63,190 bases of DNA from Deltaproteobacteria bacterium (GTDB lineage: Bacteria; JAMCPX01): assembly GCA_023381995.1 (NCBI GenBank), contig JAMCVD010000036.1, positions 450 through 63,639 on the forward strand, read 5' to 3'. Position numbers and translations under genes: made by a program. Positions 20,288 through 31,053 of the stretch are shown here, in pieces (position 1 is the stretch's first letter; every line of letters begins with the position of its first letter). The notes under the pieces were generated by a model that was given only the letters and a program-made list of their open reading frames with translations, did not search any database and was not told the origin of the DNA.

Positions 20288-22148
20288 AACGGTTCCAGAA
20301 ATGTTCTGGGACAGGCTGTCCAAGAACCAGGACAGGATACTGCTGAAGTACAAGTCGAGCGGCCGCTGGCAGGACCTTTCGTGGCGGGACTTCGGCGAGC
20401 AGGCAAGCTGGCTCGCAAAAGGGTTCCTGGAGCTCGGCATAAAGAAAGACGACAAGATATGCATACTCTCCGAGAACAGGCTCGAATGGTACCTCACGGA
20501 CATCGCCCTAATAAGCATAGGCGCCACGGACGTGCCTATCTATCCGACGAACACCCCGTGGCAGATAGAGTACCTGCTCAACGATGCGGAGGCAAGGGCG
20601 GTCGTCGTATCCACGATGACCCAGTACAACAAGGTCCTGCAGGTAAAGAGCAAGCTGAAGGCACTCGAGGGCATCATCATCATGGAACCGGACCAGACCT
20701 TCAAGGAGGACAAGGCCGTATTCGAGAGGGAGGGCCTGCAGTCGAAATACAAGAGGGCCGAGGACGGGCTGCTGTCCTTCTCCACCCTCGTCAACAAGGG
20801 CAGGACCTCCGGTCTCGACGGCGAGCTCAGGGAAAGGATAAAGTCCGTCAAGCAGGACGACCTCATAACGATCATCTATACCTCCGGGACAACCGGCGAG
20901 CCAAAAGGCGTGATGCTCACGCACAGCAACATAATGTCCGACATCGAGGGGCTCGAGGACAAGGTCAACCAGTACATGCACGAGGGAGAGACAGCGCTGT
21001 GCTTCCTCCCCCTGAGCCACTCCTTCGCGAGGACGGCGGACTACTACGCGATGCTGTACTTCAACGTGACCATGTCCATAGCAGAGAGCATAGACAGGCT
21101 GATGGCCAACCTTCAGGAAATAAGGCCCACGGTCATGGTCTCCGTCCCCCGGGTTTACGAGAAGGCCTACGCAAGGATCCTCGAGACGGTCGATCGCGGC
21201 AGTCGGATGCAGAAAAAGGTCTTCCGCTGGGCAGTGGATGTTGCGGACAGGTTCGTAGGGGCCAGCTCCGGAGGCAGCGGCGTGCCGCTCATGCTCAGGC
21301 TGAAGTATGCCGTAGGAGACAGACTCGTCTACAGCACGATGAGGGAGAAGCTCGGAGGCAGGATAAAATACTTCATCTCCGGCGGGGCGCCCCTGTCTCC
21401 GGAACTCGGCAGGTTCTTCCACGGCATGGGCATAAACATCCTGGAGGGCTACGGACTTACGGAGACGTCCCCGGTCATAGCGGTAAACGATCCGGGATAC
21501 GTAAAGTACGGCACCGTAGGCAGGCCATTGAAGAACTGTCTCATAAAGATCGCACAGGACGGCGAGATACTCGTCAAGGGCCCGATGATAATGAAGGGCT
21601 ATTACAACAAGCCCGATATGACCGCCGAGGTCATAGACAAAGACGGCTGGTTCCACACCGGGGACATAGGGTTCATCGATGATAAGGGGTACCTCCATAT
21701 CACCGACAGAAAGAAAGACCTCATCGTCACCGCCGGCGGGAAGAACATCGCGCCACAGCCCATAGAGAACATGCTCAAGCTGAACAAGTTCATCGAGCAG
21801 ACCGCCATGATCGGCGACAAGAGGCCCTACTGCGTCGCCCTCATCGTACCGAACTTCGAGGCATTGTACGAGTATGCCAGAGAGAACCAGATACCGTACA
21901 AAGGAAAAGGCGATCTCATAGAGAAGCCTGAGGTACAGCAGCTCTACAAGGGTGTGATAGACGGGGTCAACGGCCACCTTGCCCGCTATGAGACGATAAA
22001 AAAGTTCAAGCTCCTGTCGAAGGAGTTCTCGGAGGCGACCGGCGAGCTTACCCCTACCCTGAAGGTGAAAAGGCGCATCCTCATGGAGAAGTACGGGGAT
22101 GCGATCGAGCAGATGTACCGCGATGTCAGCAAAGAGGTAAACCTGTAG
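20277..22148 (+). CDS. Long-chain acyl-CoA synthetase (AMP-forming ligase, FadD-like)
   Basis: AMP-binding signature YTSGTTGEPKGVMLTH, plus GYGLTETS and GWFHTGD. Confidence 0.9.
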   Translation: MEYKTVPEMFWDRLSKNQDRILLKYKSSGRWQDLSWRDFGEQASWLAKGFLELGIKKDDKICILSENRLEWYLTDIALISIGATDVPIYPTNTPWQIEYLLNDAEARAVVVSTMTQYNKVLQVKSKLKALEGIIIMEPDQTFKEDKAVFEREGLQSKYKRAEDGLLSFSTLVNKGRTSGLDGELRERIKSVKQDDLITIIYTSGTTGEPKGVMLTHSNIMSDIEGLEDKVNQYMHEGETALCFLPLSHSFARTADYYAMLYFNVTMSIAESIDRLMANLQEIRPTVMVSVPRVYEKAYARILETVDRGSRMQKKVFRWAVDVADRFVGASSGGSGVPLMLRLKYAVGDRLVYSTMREKLGGRIKYFISGGAPLSPELGRFFHGMGINILEGYGLTETSPVIAVNDPGYVKYGTVGRPLKNCLIKIAQDGEILVKGPMIMKGYYNKPDMTAEVIDKDGWFHTGDIGFIDDKGYLHITDRKKDLIVTAGGKNIAPQPIENMLKLNKFIEQTAMIGDKRPYCVALIVPNFEALYEYARENQIPYKGKGDLIEKPEVQQLYKGVIDGVNGHLARYETIKKFKLLSKEFSEATGELTPTLKVKRRILMEKYGDAIEQMYRDVSKEVNL

Positions 22149-22201
22149 GATGCCGTGATCGGTGTACGACATTCTGTACGATAAGCAAAAAAGGAGGATA
22201 T

Positions 22202-22951
22202 ATGCTTAGGGCAAAAACAATGATAGCGGTGGCTATCGTGCTGCTTTTCTCGGTAAAGTCGTTTGCATTCACCATCGGCGATGCTGAAAAGGTATTCAAC
22301 GACTATGACAGGGACGTCTCAAACCTTCAAAAATCCATAGCTATGTTTGAGCAGATCGCGAAAGAATCCAAGGACCCGAATGTGACTTATCAGGCTTACG
22401 TGGACGAGTCAAGAGCGTACCTGTCTCTGGGCGACCAGGCAAAGCTTACGCATACGGACGCCCTGAAGGACTACGAGGCAGGGAAGGCTGCGAGCATGAA
22501 GGCGATAGAAGTCAACCCCGGGGGTGCGATGGGCTATTTCTGGCATGCCGCAAACATCGGCAGGGTGAGCCAGTACAAAGGTGTCCTGAACTCCCTGTTC
22601 ATGCTGCCAGACTTTAAGAAATACCTCGGCAAGGCGTACGCGATAGACAAAACGGACATGAACATACTCGAGGCCTACGGAGAGATGTACTACGAGCTGC
22701 CGTGGATAGCCGGCGGGAGCGACAAGAAGGCACTGGAATTCCTGAACGAGTCCCTCAAATCGGACCCCAACTTTACCCTTTCGATGGCCATAATGGGCAA
22801 GGTCTATATAAAGGAAGACCAATACGACAAGGCCCGGGACATACTGGAGAAGGTCATCAACTATACGACCCCCACCTACAGGGCGGACTGGGCCATGTTC
22901 GACAAGCCCCTCGCGCAAAGGCTGCTGGACTCCATAAAGGGCAAGAAATAG
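22202..22951 (+). CDS. Secreted TPR-like protein of unknown function
   Basis: Signal peptide MIAVAIVLLFSVKSFA, helical-repeat composition, AGGAGG SD. Confidence 0.6.
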   Translation: MLRAKTMIAVAIVLLFSVKSFAFTIGDAEKVFNDYDRDVSNLQKSIAMFEQIAKESKDPNVTYQAYVDESRAYLSLGDQAKLTHTDALKDYEAGKAASMKAIEVNPGGAMGYFWHAANIGRVSQYKGVLNSLFMLPDFKKYLGKAYAIDKTDMNILEAYGEMYYELPWIAGGSDKKALEFLNESLKSDPNFTLSMAIMGKVYIKEDQYDKARDILEKVINYTTPTYRADWAMFDKPLAQRLLDSIKGKK

Positions 22952-22989
22952 GGCCCACCAGGCGGGTGCGTACGCGCCCCCGCCGCCGT

Positions 22990-23391
22990 ATGAACGAGAT
23001 AACCGTATTCATAGACGGCGCGTCGAGGGGGAACCCCGGGGAAGCGGGCTGCGGTGTCGTCATACACGGAGTGAAAGACGGACCCATCCATCTGACAAAG
23101 TACATCGGCCATGCAACCAACAACGCCGCGGAGTATAGCGCGCTGATCCTTGCGCTTGAAAAGCTCAAAGAGCTCGGCATCAAGAAGCTGAAACTCAAGT
23201 CCGACTCGCAGCTCCTCGTCTATCAATTGAACGGCAGGTATGCCGTAAAGAGCCCGGGCATACGGAAGCTGTTCAGGGTGTACATGAGCCTCGCCGTACA
23301 TTTCGAAAGCATCGCCGTGGAGCATATACCGAGAGAGCTGAACAGAGAGGCCGACATGCTCGCCAACCTCGCGATCGACCAGAAATCATAG
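22990..23391 (+). CDS. rnhA: Ribonuclease HI family protein
   Basis: VFIDGASRGNPGEAGCG, NNAAEYSALILAL and DSQLLV...NREADMLAN carry the DEDD catalytic residues. Confidence 0.85.
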   Translation: MNEITVFIDGASRGNPGEAGCGVVIHGVKDGPIHLTKYIGHATNNAAEYSALILALEKLKELGIKKLKLKSDSQLLVYQLNGRYAVKSPGIRKLFRVYMSLAVHFESIAVEHIPRELNREADMLANLAIDQKS

Positions 23392-23649
23392 CGGCAAAAG
23401 GCCTGTTTGGTCGGTTCACAAACCGCCCGATTATGAATTGCCTCGATCTGGCAGTCTTCTAACCCATTGGTAATAAGCTGGGGCATGTTCCTAAGTTTTC
23501 CTCTTGCAGCTATACCATGAAAAAATGGGCATCAACTTTAAAAAACAGGGCATCATGCCATTTTGGAACACCTACCATGCCAAAAAAGCTTGTCATTTAG
23601 GGCAATGGATGATCTAATAAACACTGAAATTTCAATCGCAGGAGGACGT

Positions 23650-24798
23650 ATGAAGAGCCATTTCTTTACCGAAGAGCACGAGATGTTCAGGAAGAGCGTA
23701 AGGGACTTTGTCACGAAGAACCTTGTGCCTCACGCCGACGAGTGGGAGGAGGCTCAGGACTTTCCCAAGGAGCTGTTCAAGACGCTGGGAGGCATGAATT
23801 TCCTCGGCATACGGTACCCCGAGAAATACGGCGGCATGGGACTTGATATATTCTATGACATCGTGTTCTACGAGGAGCTCTACAGGTCGAGGATGCCCGG
23901 GTTGTGCCTCGACGTCATGGTGGACACGGACATGGCCACACCCGTGCTGTTCAAGCACGGCACCGAGGAACAGAAGGCGAAATACCTGACAAAGGCGATA
24001 CGGGGCGAGGCGGTCTTCGCGATAGGCTACACCGAGCCGAACGCGGGCTCGGACGTCGCGGGGATACGGAGCACCGCAAAGAGGGTGGCCGGCGGGTACG
24101 CGATAAACGGCTCGAAGATCTTCATCACGAACGGTACGTGGGCAGACTACATCATCGTGGCCGCGAAGACGGACGCGGAAAAGGCCCACAAGGGCATCAC
24201 CCTGTTCCTCCTCGATACGAAGACAAAGGGCTTTACGGTGGGCAGGAAGCTGAAGAAGCTCGGGCACCACTCGTCCCATACCGCGGAATTGTTCTTCGAT
24301 GACTGCTTCGTCCCGGACGACATGGTCGTCGGCGAGGTGAACAGGGGCTTCTACTATATCATGGAGGGCTTCCAGACCGAGAGGATCATGGGCTCCGTGG
24401 GCGTCATCGCGCTTGCGCAGGTGGCCCTGGAGGACGCGGTGGGCTATGCGAAGGAGCGGATGACCTTCGGCAAGCCCATATCCCGGCACCAGGCAATAGC
24501 CCACAAGCTGGTCGACATGGCCACGCAGCTCGAGGCCGCGAGGCAGCTCGCGTACAACGGTGCATGGCTGCTCGACCACGGCGAAGACGCAACGAAGGAG
24601 ATCTCCATGGCGAAGCTCTACTCGTGCGAGGTGGCGAACAGGGTCACGTACGATGCGATCCAGGTGTTCGGCGGATACGGCTACATGGAAGAGTATCCCG
24701 TGGCACGGGCCTACCGGGACGCACGGATGTTCACCATCGGTGCCGGCACGACGGAGATCATGAAGGAGATCATAGCGAAGAGGATGGAGTTGTACTGA
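23650..24798 (+). CDS. Acyl-CoA dehydrogenase
   Basis: YTEPNAGSD, ITNG and QVFGGYGYMEEYPVARAYRDARMFTIGAGTTEI. AGGAGG SD before the ATG at 23650. Confidence 0.9.
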   Translation: MKSHFFTEEHEMFRKSVRDFVTKNLVPHADEWEEAQDFPKELFKTLGGMNFLGIRYPEKYGGMGLDIFYDIVFYEELYRSRMPGLCLDVMVDTDMATPVLFKHGTEEQKAKYLTKAIRGEAVFAIGYTEPNAGSDVAGIRSTAKRVAGGYAINGSKIFITNGTWADYIIVAAKTDAEKAHKGITLFLLDTKTKGFTVGRKLKKLGHHSSHTAELFFDDCFVPDDMVVGEVNRGFYYIMEGFQTERIMGSVGVIALAQVALEDAVGYAKERMTFGKPISRHQAIAHKLVDMATQLEAARQLAYNGAWLLDHGEDATKEISMAKLYSCEVANRVTYDAIQVFGGYGYMEEYPVARAYRDARMFTIGAGTTEIMKEIIAKRMELY

Positions 24799-25006
24799 AA
24801 CGAGACAGGGAGTAAGGGCCTGATCAGAAAAGAGCGGCACACCGTGAACTGCGTGGTAAATATCCGTGGTCCGCTTCATGGACGACTTCTTTTCCCGCGT
24901 CAGAGACACAAGGCGCCCCATCCATGCCACGGCCCCGTTGAGCAAAAACAGCTTCGTGCCGCTCGCAATGAGGAGTAGGCCCTTACTCCTTCCGGAGATT
25001 GAAGAC

Positions 25007-25693
25007 ATGAACCCTACCGAACACGACATAGCCGGGATGTTCGATCTGGTGTCCGGGCGGTACGACCTGCTCAACCATGTCCTGTCCGGGTACACGGACG
25101 TCAGATGGAGGAAGAAGGCCATCGGCATGAGCCTCCGCAGCGGCGTGAAGGATGTCCTGGACGTCTCCACCGGCACCGGCGACATGGCCATCGGCTACGA
25201 AAGGGCCGGCAGCGGGGTGCACGTCTACGGCCTCGACATAAGCATGGAGATGCTGAGAATAGCCAGGACAAAGGCCGGCCTCGGCACGGGCGGCGTCAGG
25301 CTCATAAGGGGCTCCGGGCTGTCCCTGCCTTTCAGAGACGGCACGTTCGACCTCGTGAGCTGCGCGTTCGGTATAAGGAACATCTACCCCAGGGAGCAGG
25401 GCATACGGGAATTCTACAGGGTGCTGAGGCCGGGCGGGGGCATCGCCATACTCGAGTTCTCCATGCCCCCGGGCGCCTTCGGAAGGATCTACAGGCTCTA
25501 TTTCGACAGGGTGCTCCCCCTGCTCGGCAACCTGATCTCCGGGACAAGGGCCTATACCTACCTTACGAGCTCCGTCCGGGCATTCCCGGTACAGGCGACC
25601 TTCACGCGCATGCTCGCGTCCGAAGGGTTCAGGGACATAGAGATTACGGCCCTCACGCACGGCATAGCGGCCCTCTACTCGGGCAAGAAATAG
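25007..25693 (+). CDS. ubiE: Demethylmenaquinone/ubiquinone methyltransferase UbiE/MenG
   Basis: FDLVSGRYDLLNHVLSGYTDVRWRKKA and the SAM motif VLDVSTGTGDMA. Confidence 0.85.
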   Translation: MNPTEHDIAGMFDLVSGRYDLLNHVLSGYTDVRWRKKAIGMSLRSGVKDVLDVSTGTGDMAIGYERAGSGVHVYGLDISMEMLRIARTKAGLGTGGVRLIRGSGLSLPFRDGTFDLVSCAFGIRNIYPREQGIREFYRVLRPGGGIAILEFSMPPGAFGRIYRLYFDRVLPLLGNLISGTRAYTYLTSSVRAFPVQATFTRMLASEGFRDIEITALTHGIAALYSGKK

Positions 25694-25703
25694 ACACGGA
25701 GGC

Positions 25704-27038
25704 TCAGAGCTTCAGCAGCTTCCACTTGCCCCGCTTCAGCCCTATAAACATGAATGCGCTCAGAAGGAATATGTACGTGTCTGCGGAGAGCCACAGGCCC
25801 ACGATCTTCAGCCCTGCCACTACCCCGAGCACGTACGAGAGCGGCACGAACACCAGCCAGTGCAGAGACACGTCGACATACATGACGTACTTCGTGTAGC
25901 CTGCCCCGAACAGCGACTGGCTCGCAACGATGCCGATGCCCTCGAACACGAGCGCAAGGCTGTAGATGATCAGCGCCTTCGAGCCTTCTGCCAGAACGCC
26001 CGGGGTGTCCGTAAACAGGCCTATGACATGCCTGGGCATGCATATAAAGGCAAGGGCCATGACGGCCATTATACCAGCAGCGAGCTTTATCGAGCTGTCC
26101 GCATACCCCTGGGCCTCGTCCGGCCGGCCCGAGCCCAGGCTCTGGCCGACCATCGTAGCGGCGGCGGTACCGAAGCCGAGCAGGGGCAGGAACGTGAGGG
26201 AGGCGAGCTGGGTCAGGATCGTCGTCGCGGCCTGTGTCACGACATCGATCGTGCCCGATATGACGATGAACGCCTCGAAGCCCATCGTCGTCAGCACCGC
26301 TGCGATGGACGCGGGGTAGCTGATCCTTATTATCTCTTTCACGATCTTCAGGCTTACCCCCTTCGACCTATAGATGTTGAACGCTCTGTACCTCTTCCTG
26401 AAACTGTAGAGTATGATCAGCAGCGCGCCCGCAAAAGAGCTCGCCGTGGCGGATATGCCCGCGCCTTCTACGCCGAGCCTGGGCATGCCCAGGTGTCCGA
26501 GGATCATACCGTAGGACAGTACGACGTTCATTATATTCATTATGATCGCTATATACATGTAGACCCACGTCTTGCCGGTCGCATCAAAGAAGGCCTTGTA
26601 GACAACGATGATGAGGAAGGGGAAGAGCCCGACAAACCGTACCCTGATGAACTTCGCGCCTTCCACTGCGACAACCCTGTTGCTCGTGAGCAGCGCAAAA
26701 AGGGGCTTCGATATGGTATAGCCCACGGCGCTGACCGTCGTACCGAGTATCACGGCCATGACGATGCCCACGAACAGGACCTCGCCCGCCCTGTCATAGT
26801 TCTTCTCGCCGAACCTGCGCGTCACCAGGCTGAGTATGCCAACCGATATTGCATTGAATGCGCCGCCGAAGACCCACAGCGTTATGATGCCCACACCGAG
26901 CGCGGCGAGGCCCGTCTTTGCGTCCGCTCCGAGCCTCCCCACCATCGCGACGTCGAACAGGTTGATGAAGGTCTGGGTAAGCATGCCGATCATGACGGGC
27001 AGTGCGAGCCTCATGATGGTCGCGTACGTGCTTTTCAC
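25704..27038 (-). CDS. MATE family efflux transporter
   Basis: 12-TM MATE pattern (IMRLALPVMIGMLTQTFINLFDVAMVGRLG). The GTG start overlaps the upstream stop (GTGA). Confidence 0.85.
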   Translation of the reverse strand: MKSTYATIMRLALPVMIGMLTQTFINLFDVAMVGRLGADAKTGLAALGVGIITLWVFGGAFNAISVGILSLVTRRFGEKNYDRAGEVLFVGIVMAVILGTTVSAVGYTISKPLFALLTSNRVVAVEGAKFIRVRFVGLFPFLIIVVYKAFFDATGKTWVYMYIAIIMNIMNVVLSYGMILGHLGMPRLGVEGAGISATASSFAGALLIILYSFRKRYRAFNIYRSKGVSLKIVKEIIRISYPASIAAVLTTMGFEAFIVISGTIDVVTQAATTILTQLASLTFLPLLGFGTAAATMVGQSLGSGRPDEAQGYADSSIKLAAGIMAVMALAFICMPRHVIGLFTDTPGVLAEGSKALIIYSLALVFEGIGIVASQSLFGAGYTKYVMYVDVSLHWLVFVPLSYVLGVVAGLKIVGLWLSADTYIFLLSAFMFIGLKRGKWKLLKL

Positions 27039-29905
27039 TGTATGGGGGCCCCGATCTGGAAATAGAACGACGGCGGCGGGTATGTATCGAAGGCGTAGGC
27101 ATACCCGAACGTCAGGCGGAACGGGAACATGTACCCGATGTACGTATCGAGGTCCAGCTCGACGCCCGCGGACGAGATGTTCCTGAGGGTAGTGCCGGCG
27201 TCGTCGAAAAACGGTACGAAAGAGACCTTGTCGAGATAGAACGGGAGTGTGGAGATCCCCCTGTCCGGGATACCGACGGGACACCGGTACTCGAGACTCG
27301 CGGCATAAGCACGGGTACCGGTCAAGACGCCGGACGCATAGCCCCGCGCCGGGACGCTCGTGTAATTGCCGTTCCCAAAGAGGGACTGCATACCGCCGAT
27401 CGAAAACAGAGTGCTTCCGCCGGACAGGCCCTCCGCAAACCCGTAGACGCCCTTGACGTAGACGACGTGGTTCTCCGCGGCCCCCGGCAAGTACGCCCTG
27501 AACTGCGATACCGACAGCGAGACGTTGCTCCTGCTGCCGAGGACGGAGAGGTCATGCTCGAAGTACGTATCGAATATGATGCCGTCCTCCCTGCTTATGG
27601 ACGTATCGAAGACGGACGTCGTGTCTATGTCATAGGTCGCCGTGATGCCGCTCAGCGTGCCCGTGAACGGGACGTTGTCTATATACGGGGGGAGCGGCGA
27701 GAGTGACCTGATGTAGGTATAACTGTAGCCGGCGCCTACGGACTGTCTGTACCTTACACGGTTTATCGGGTACGCCACTCCGATCGCTGCGTTGTCCCTC
27801 AACTGAACATACGAATGACTGGTGCCCGAGGCCGGCTCCGTGTAGGTGGCGGCTATGTACGGCATCGCCCCTCCGGCGACGTCTATCTCCGGCGCAAAGG
27901 ACTCGTTCGTGTAAGAAACGCTGGCCCCGGGGCTCCCGTGGGCGTGCGGATACCCCGTATAGTAGAGCAGCACGGAGTACGTGTTGTGTCCGATGAGGTC
28001 CGAGCCGGCCGTGTAGACGCCGATGGAGTACGCGTCGCTCGTCAACGATACCGTGGGGAGCCACCACGTCGGGACGAGGGTACCGAGCGGCGAATAGCCG
28101 CTCTCGACGGTCCTGACCGCTTTATGAGGCTGGACCTGCTGTACGGTGAACTCCCTGGGTATGTAGACCTTCCCGAAGGCCGCGGGATCGAACGGCATCG
28201 TGTAGATATTGAAGCCCGTGGGATCGAGCTTCGTGAACGCTATCGTGCTGTCGTCCGGGGAGATCTGCGACTCGTAGGCGCCCCCGACGACATTCGTGAC
28301 CCGGGAGATCACGCCCTCCGTTATCGAATATGCGTAGAGGTTCGCTATGCCCGTCATGTCGGAAGAAAATACGACGTACCTGTCGTCCCTCGACCACTCA
28401 GGGAACAGGTTCAGATGGCTGTTCGATATGACGGTCGTGACCGTCTCGCCCCGCTGATTCATGATCTCTATGGCACACTCTCCATTATTGTCCTTCACCG
28501 CTACCGCTATATCCCTACCATTCCACGACCATCTCGGGTCAAGGAATTGTCCATTCCCGTCCATCGACGCGATGACTGCCGCAGGCCCGCCGGCCTTCAG
28601 ATCGTAGACCATGAGCTGCGACCGCATCGAAGAGCTGGAGGCCAGGACGGCCTTCGAGCAGTCAGGGGAGACGTCGACGCCCCGTGCCCGTGCCCCCTCC
28701 GTGAGCCTCTTCACGCTGCCCGTCCCCGTGTCGAGCCGGTACAGATCGTCGTACAGGTAGAAGTTCCTGAAATACTCGTCCTGGACGAAGAAAAGCCCGC
28801 GGCCGCACACGGAGCTCGAGTAGTCGCTGTTCCTTCTGGCGACCCATTCCGCCTTCCCGGCGTCCGTGCCGGTGTAGAAGATCCCCATCAGGCTCCTGCC
28901 GTCATACGACGTATAGTAGATGCCCTTCCCGCCGGCGTCCCACACCGGACCGCGCGTGTATGCGCCCGTGTGCGTGACCTGCCGCGAGTACGTGTGCCCG
29001 GAGAACACGACCGACAGCGCTGTGAGTATGGCCTGTCGTCTGATCCCGTCCTCCCACGTACGCCACTGCGATGCGAAGCCCCTACCGCCGAAGGCGAGCT
29101 TCGAGTCCCTGTCGATGAGCAGGGGCACGTAGGTGTAGTGCTCCGAATAGTCCGCGAGCGCCCTGTCGGAATACCTCTCCGAAAGGTACTGCATGAACTT
29201 CCCTCCGTACAGGTACACCCAGTCCCCGAACGGCCACCTGCTCGGTATACCGTCTCCCTCGTCTATAGGGGGGAGCTCGTCGTGCAGCGCCTGCAGCCTC
29301 AGGAGGGCGTTGAAGTAGCTGCCTCTGTCCCTCCCGGCGCTCGTAAGCTCCGACTCGTTATGGACCGCGTAGCCCTCGATGATCCAGTCGGGCTCCACCT
29401 CGTTCACGAAAAATAACCTGCCGAAGACATCGTTCAGGAAGCCGAAGAGCCCCCTCGACTGATCGAGGTGCAGGACATGGGTATACTCATGGATGAAGAT
29501 CATCTTCAGCCAGTCGTCGTAGTTGATTATGCTCGAGTACGCATCGGGCGGCACGGCGAATATGACGATATGGTTGTAGTAGTACGGGGTGGTCTCTCCG
29601 TTGGTGAAGTCCGTGGCGTTCGACAGGAGCAGGTACGTCTTCCTCGACGGGGCCCATCCCATGCGTGCCGTCATACCTGGGTAGTATGTCTCCGCGATGT
29701 CTATGAGCCTATGGGCGAGCGGCGACTCGTTCGCCGGGAACGTAAGCGAGAAGTGCGCCGATTCTATCGTCTTCCATACCTCGTTCGGCGGCGCATTTCT
29801 GAAGTCCTGCGCCCGTGCGTCCATGCCGGCCAGCAGCACCATGAGAACGATCTGAAAAAAAAGGGCTTCCAGAAATGCATTTTTCCTTGTACTTATATAC
29901 GCCAT
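27035..29905 (-). CDS. Large exported protein with an HExxH metallopeptidase-like domain, PD40/TolB-type beta-propeller repeats and a C-terminal beta-barrel-like region
   Basis: Signal peptide after M48 of the ORF. IFIHEYTHVLHL zinc motif. Repeated S/T-D-G..IAF/VVF propeller strands. The C-terminus is rich in alternating aromatic residues (..FRLTFGYAYAF..FYFQIG). Confidence 0.6.
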   Translation of the reverse strand: MAYISTRKNAFLEALFFQIVLMVLLAGMDARAQDFRNAPPNEVWKTIESAHFSLTFPANESPLAHRLIDIAETYYPGMTARMGWAPSRKTYLLLSNATDFTNGETTPYYYNHIVIFAVPPDAYSSIINYDDWLKMIFIHEYTHVLHLDQSRGLFGFLNDVFGRLFFVNEVEPDWIIEGYAVHNESELTSAGRDRGSYFNALLRLQALHDELPPIDEGDGIPSRWPFGDWVYLYGGKFMQYLSERYSDRALADYSEHYTYVPLLIDRDSKLAFGGRGFASQWRTWEDGIRRQAILTALSVVFSGHTYSRQVTHTGAYTRGPVWDAGGKGIYYTSYDGRSLMGIFYTGTDAGKAEWVARRNSDYSSSVCGRGLFFVQDEYFRNFYLYDDLYRLDTGTGSVKRLTEGARARGVDVSPDCSKAVLASSSSMRSQLMVYDLKAGGPAAVIASMDGNGQFLDPRWSWNGRDIAVAVKDNNGECAIEIMNQRGETVTTVISNSHLNLFPEWSRDDRYVVFSSDMTGIANLYAYSITEGVISRVTNVVGGAYESQISPDDSTIAFTKLDPTGFNIYTMPFDPAAFGKVYIPREFTVQQVQPHKAVRTVESGYSPLGTLVPTWWLPTVSLTSDAYSIGVYTAGSDLIGHNTYSVLLYYTGYPHAHGSPGASVSYTNESFAPEIDVAGGAMPYIAATYTEPASGTSHSYVQLRDNAAIGVAYPINRVRYRQSVGAGYSYTYIRSLSPLPPYIDNVPFTGTLSGITATYDIDTTSVFDTSISREDGIIFDTYFEHDLSVLGSRSNVSLSVSQFRAYLPGAAENHVVYVKGVYGFAEGLSGGSTLFSIGGMQSLFGNGNYTSVPARGYASGVLTGTRAYAASLEYRCPVGIPDRGISTLPFYLDKVSFVPFFDDAGTTLRNISSAGVELDLDTYIGYMFPFRLTFGYAYAFDTYPPPSFYFQIGAPIQ

Positions 29906-30012
29906 ACCCACAAGTAGATCGCATAAACGGAACGAACTTACAATGATAACGATCACACGCCGGCACCCGGACAGAGGAGAAAACTCTTCCCCTGCATTCA
30001 AAAATGGGCTAA

Positions 30013-31053
<1,041 letters not shown>

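Noticed and set aside
20508-22172. 554-aa ORF antisense to the acyl-CoA ligase gene. Similar long shadow ORFs occur at 12883..14355, 23632..25191, 27815..29416, 29998..31122, 31131..32555, 31480..32355, 35541..36422, 36452..37273 and 36465..37250.
   Set aside because: All of them overlap genes with unmistakable family motifs. Their translations are Arg/Pro/Gly/His-rich low-complexity sequence typical of off-frame reading of GC-rich coding DNA. None has a plausible SD or any recognisable domain.
23400-23649. 250-bp lower-GC intergenic region with GGGCATCA repeats and the palindrome GGCAT-C-ATGCC upstream of the acyl-CoA dehydrogenase gene. I also considered a sigma-54 site at TGGAACACCTACCATGCC.
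   Set aside because: The GG/GC spacing is wrong for sigma-54. The repeats may be a repressor operator, but nothing in the sequence lets me assign one.
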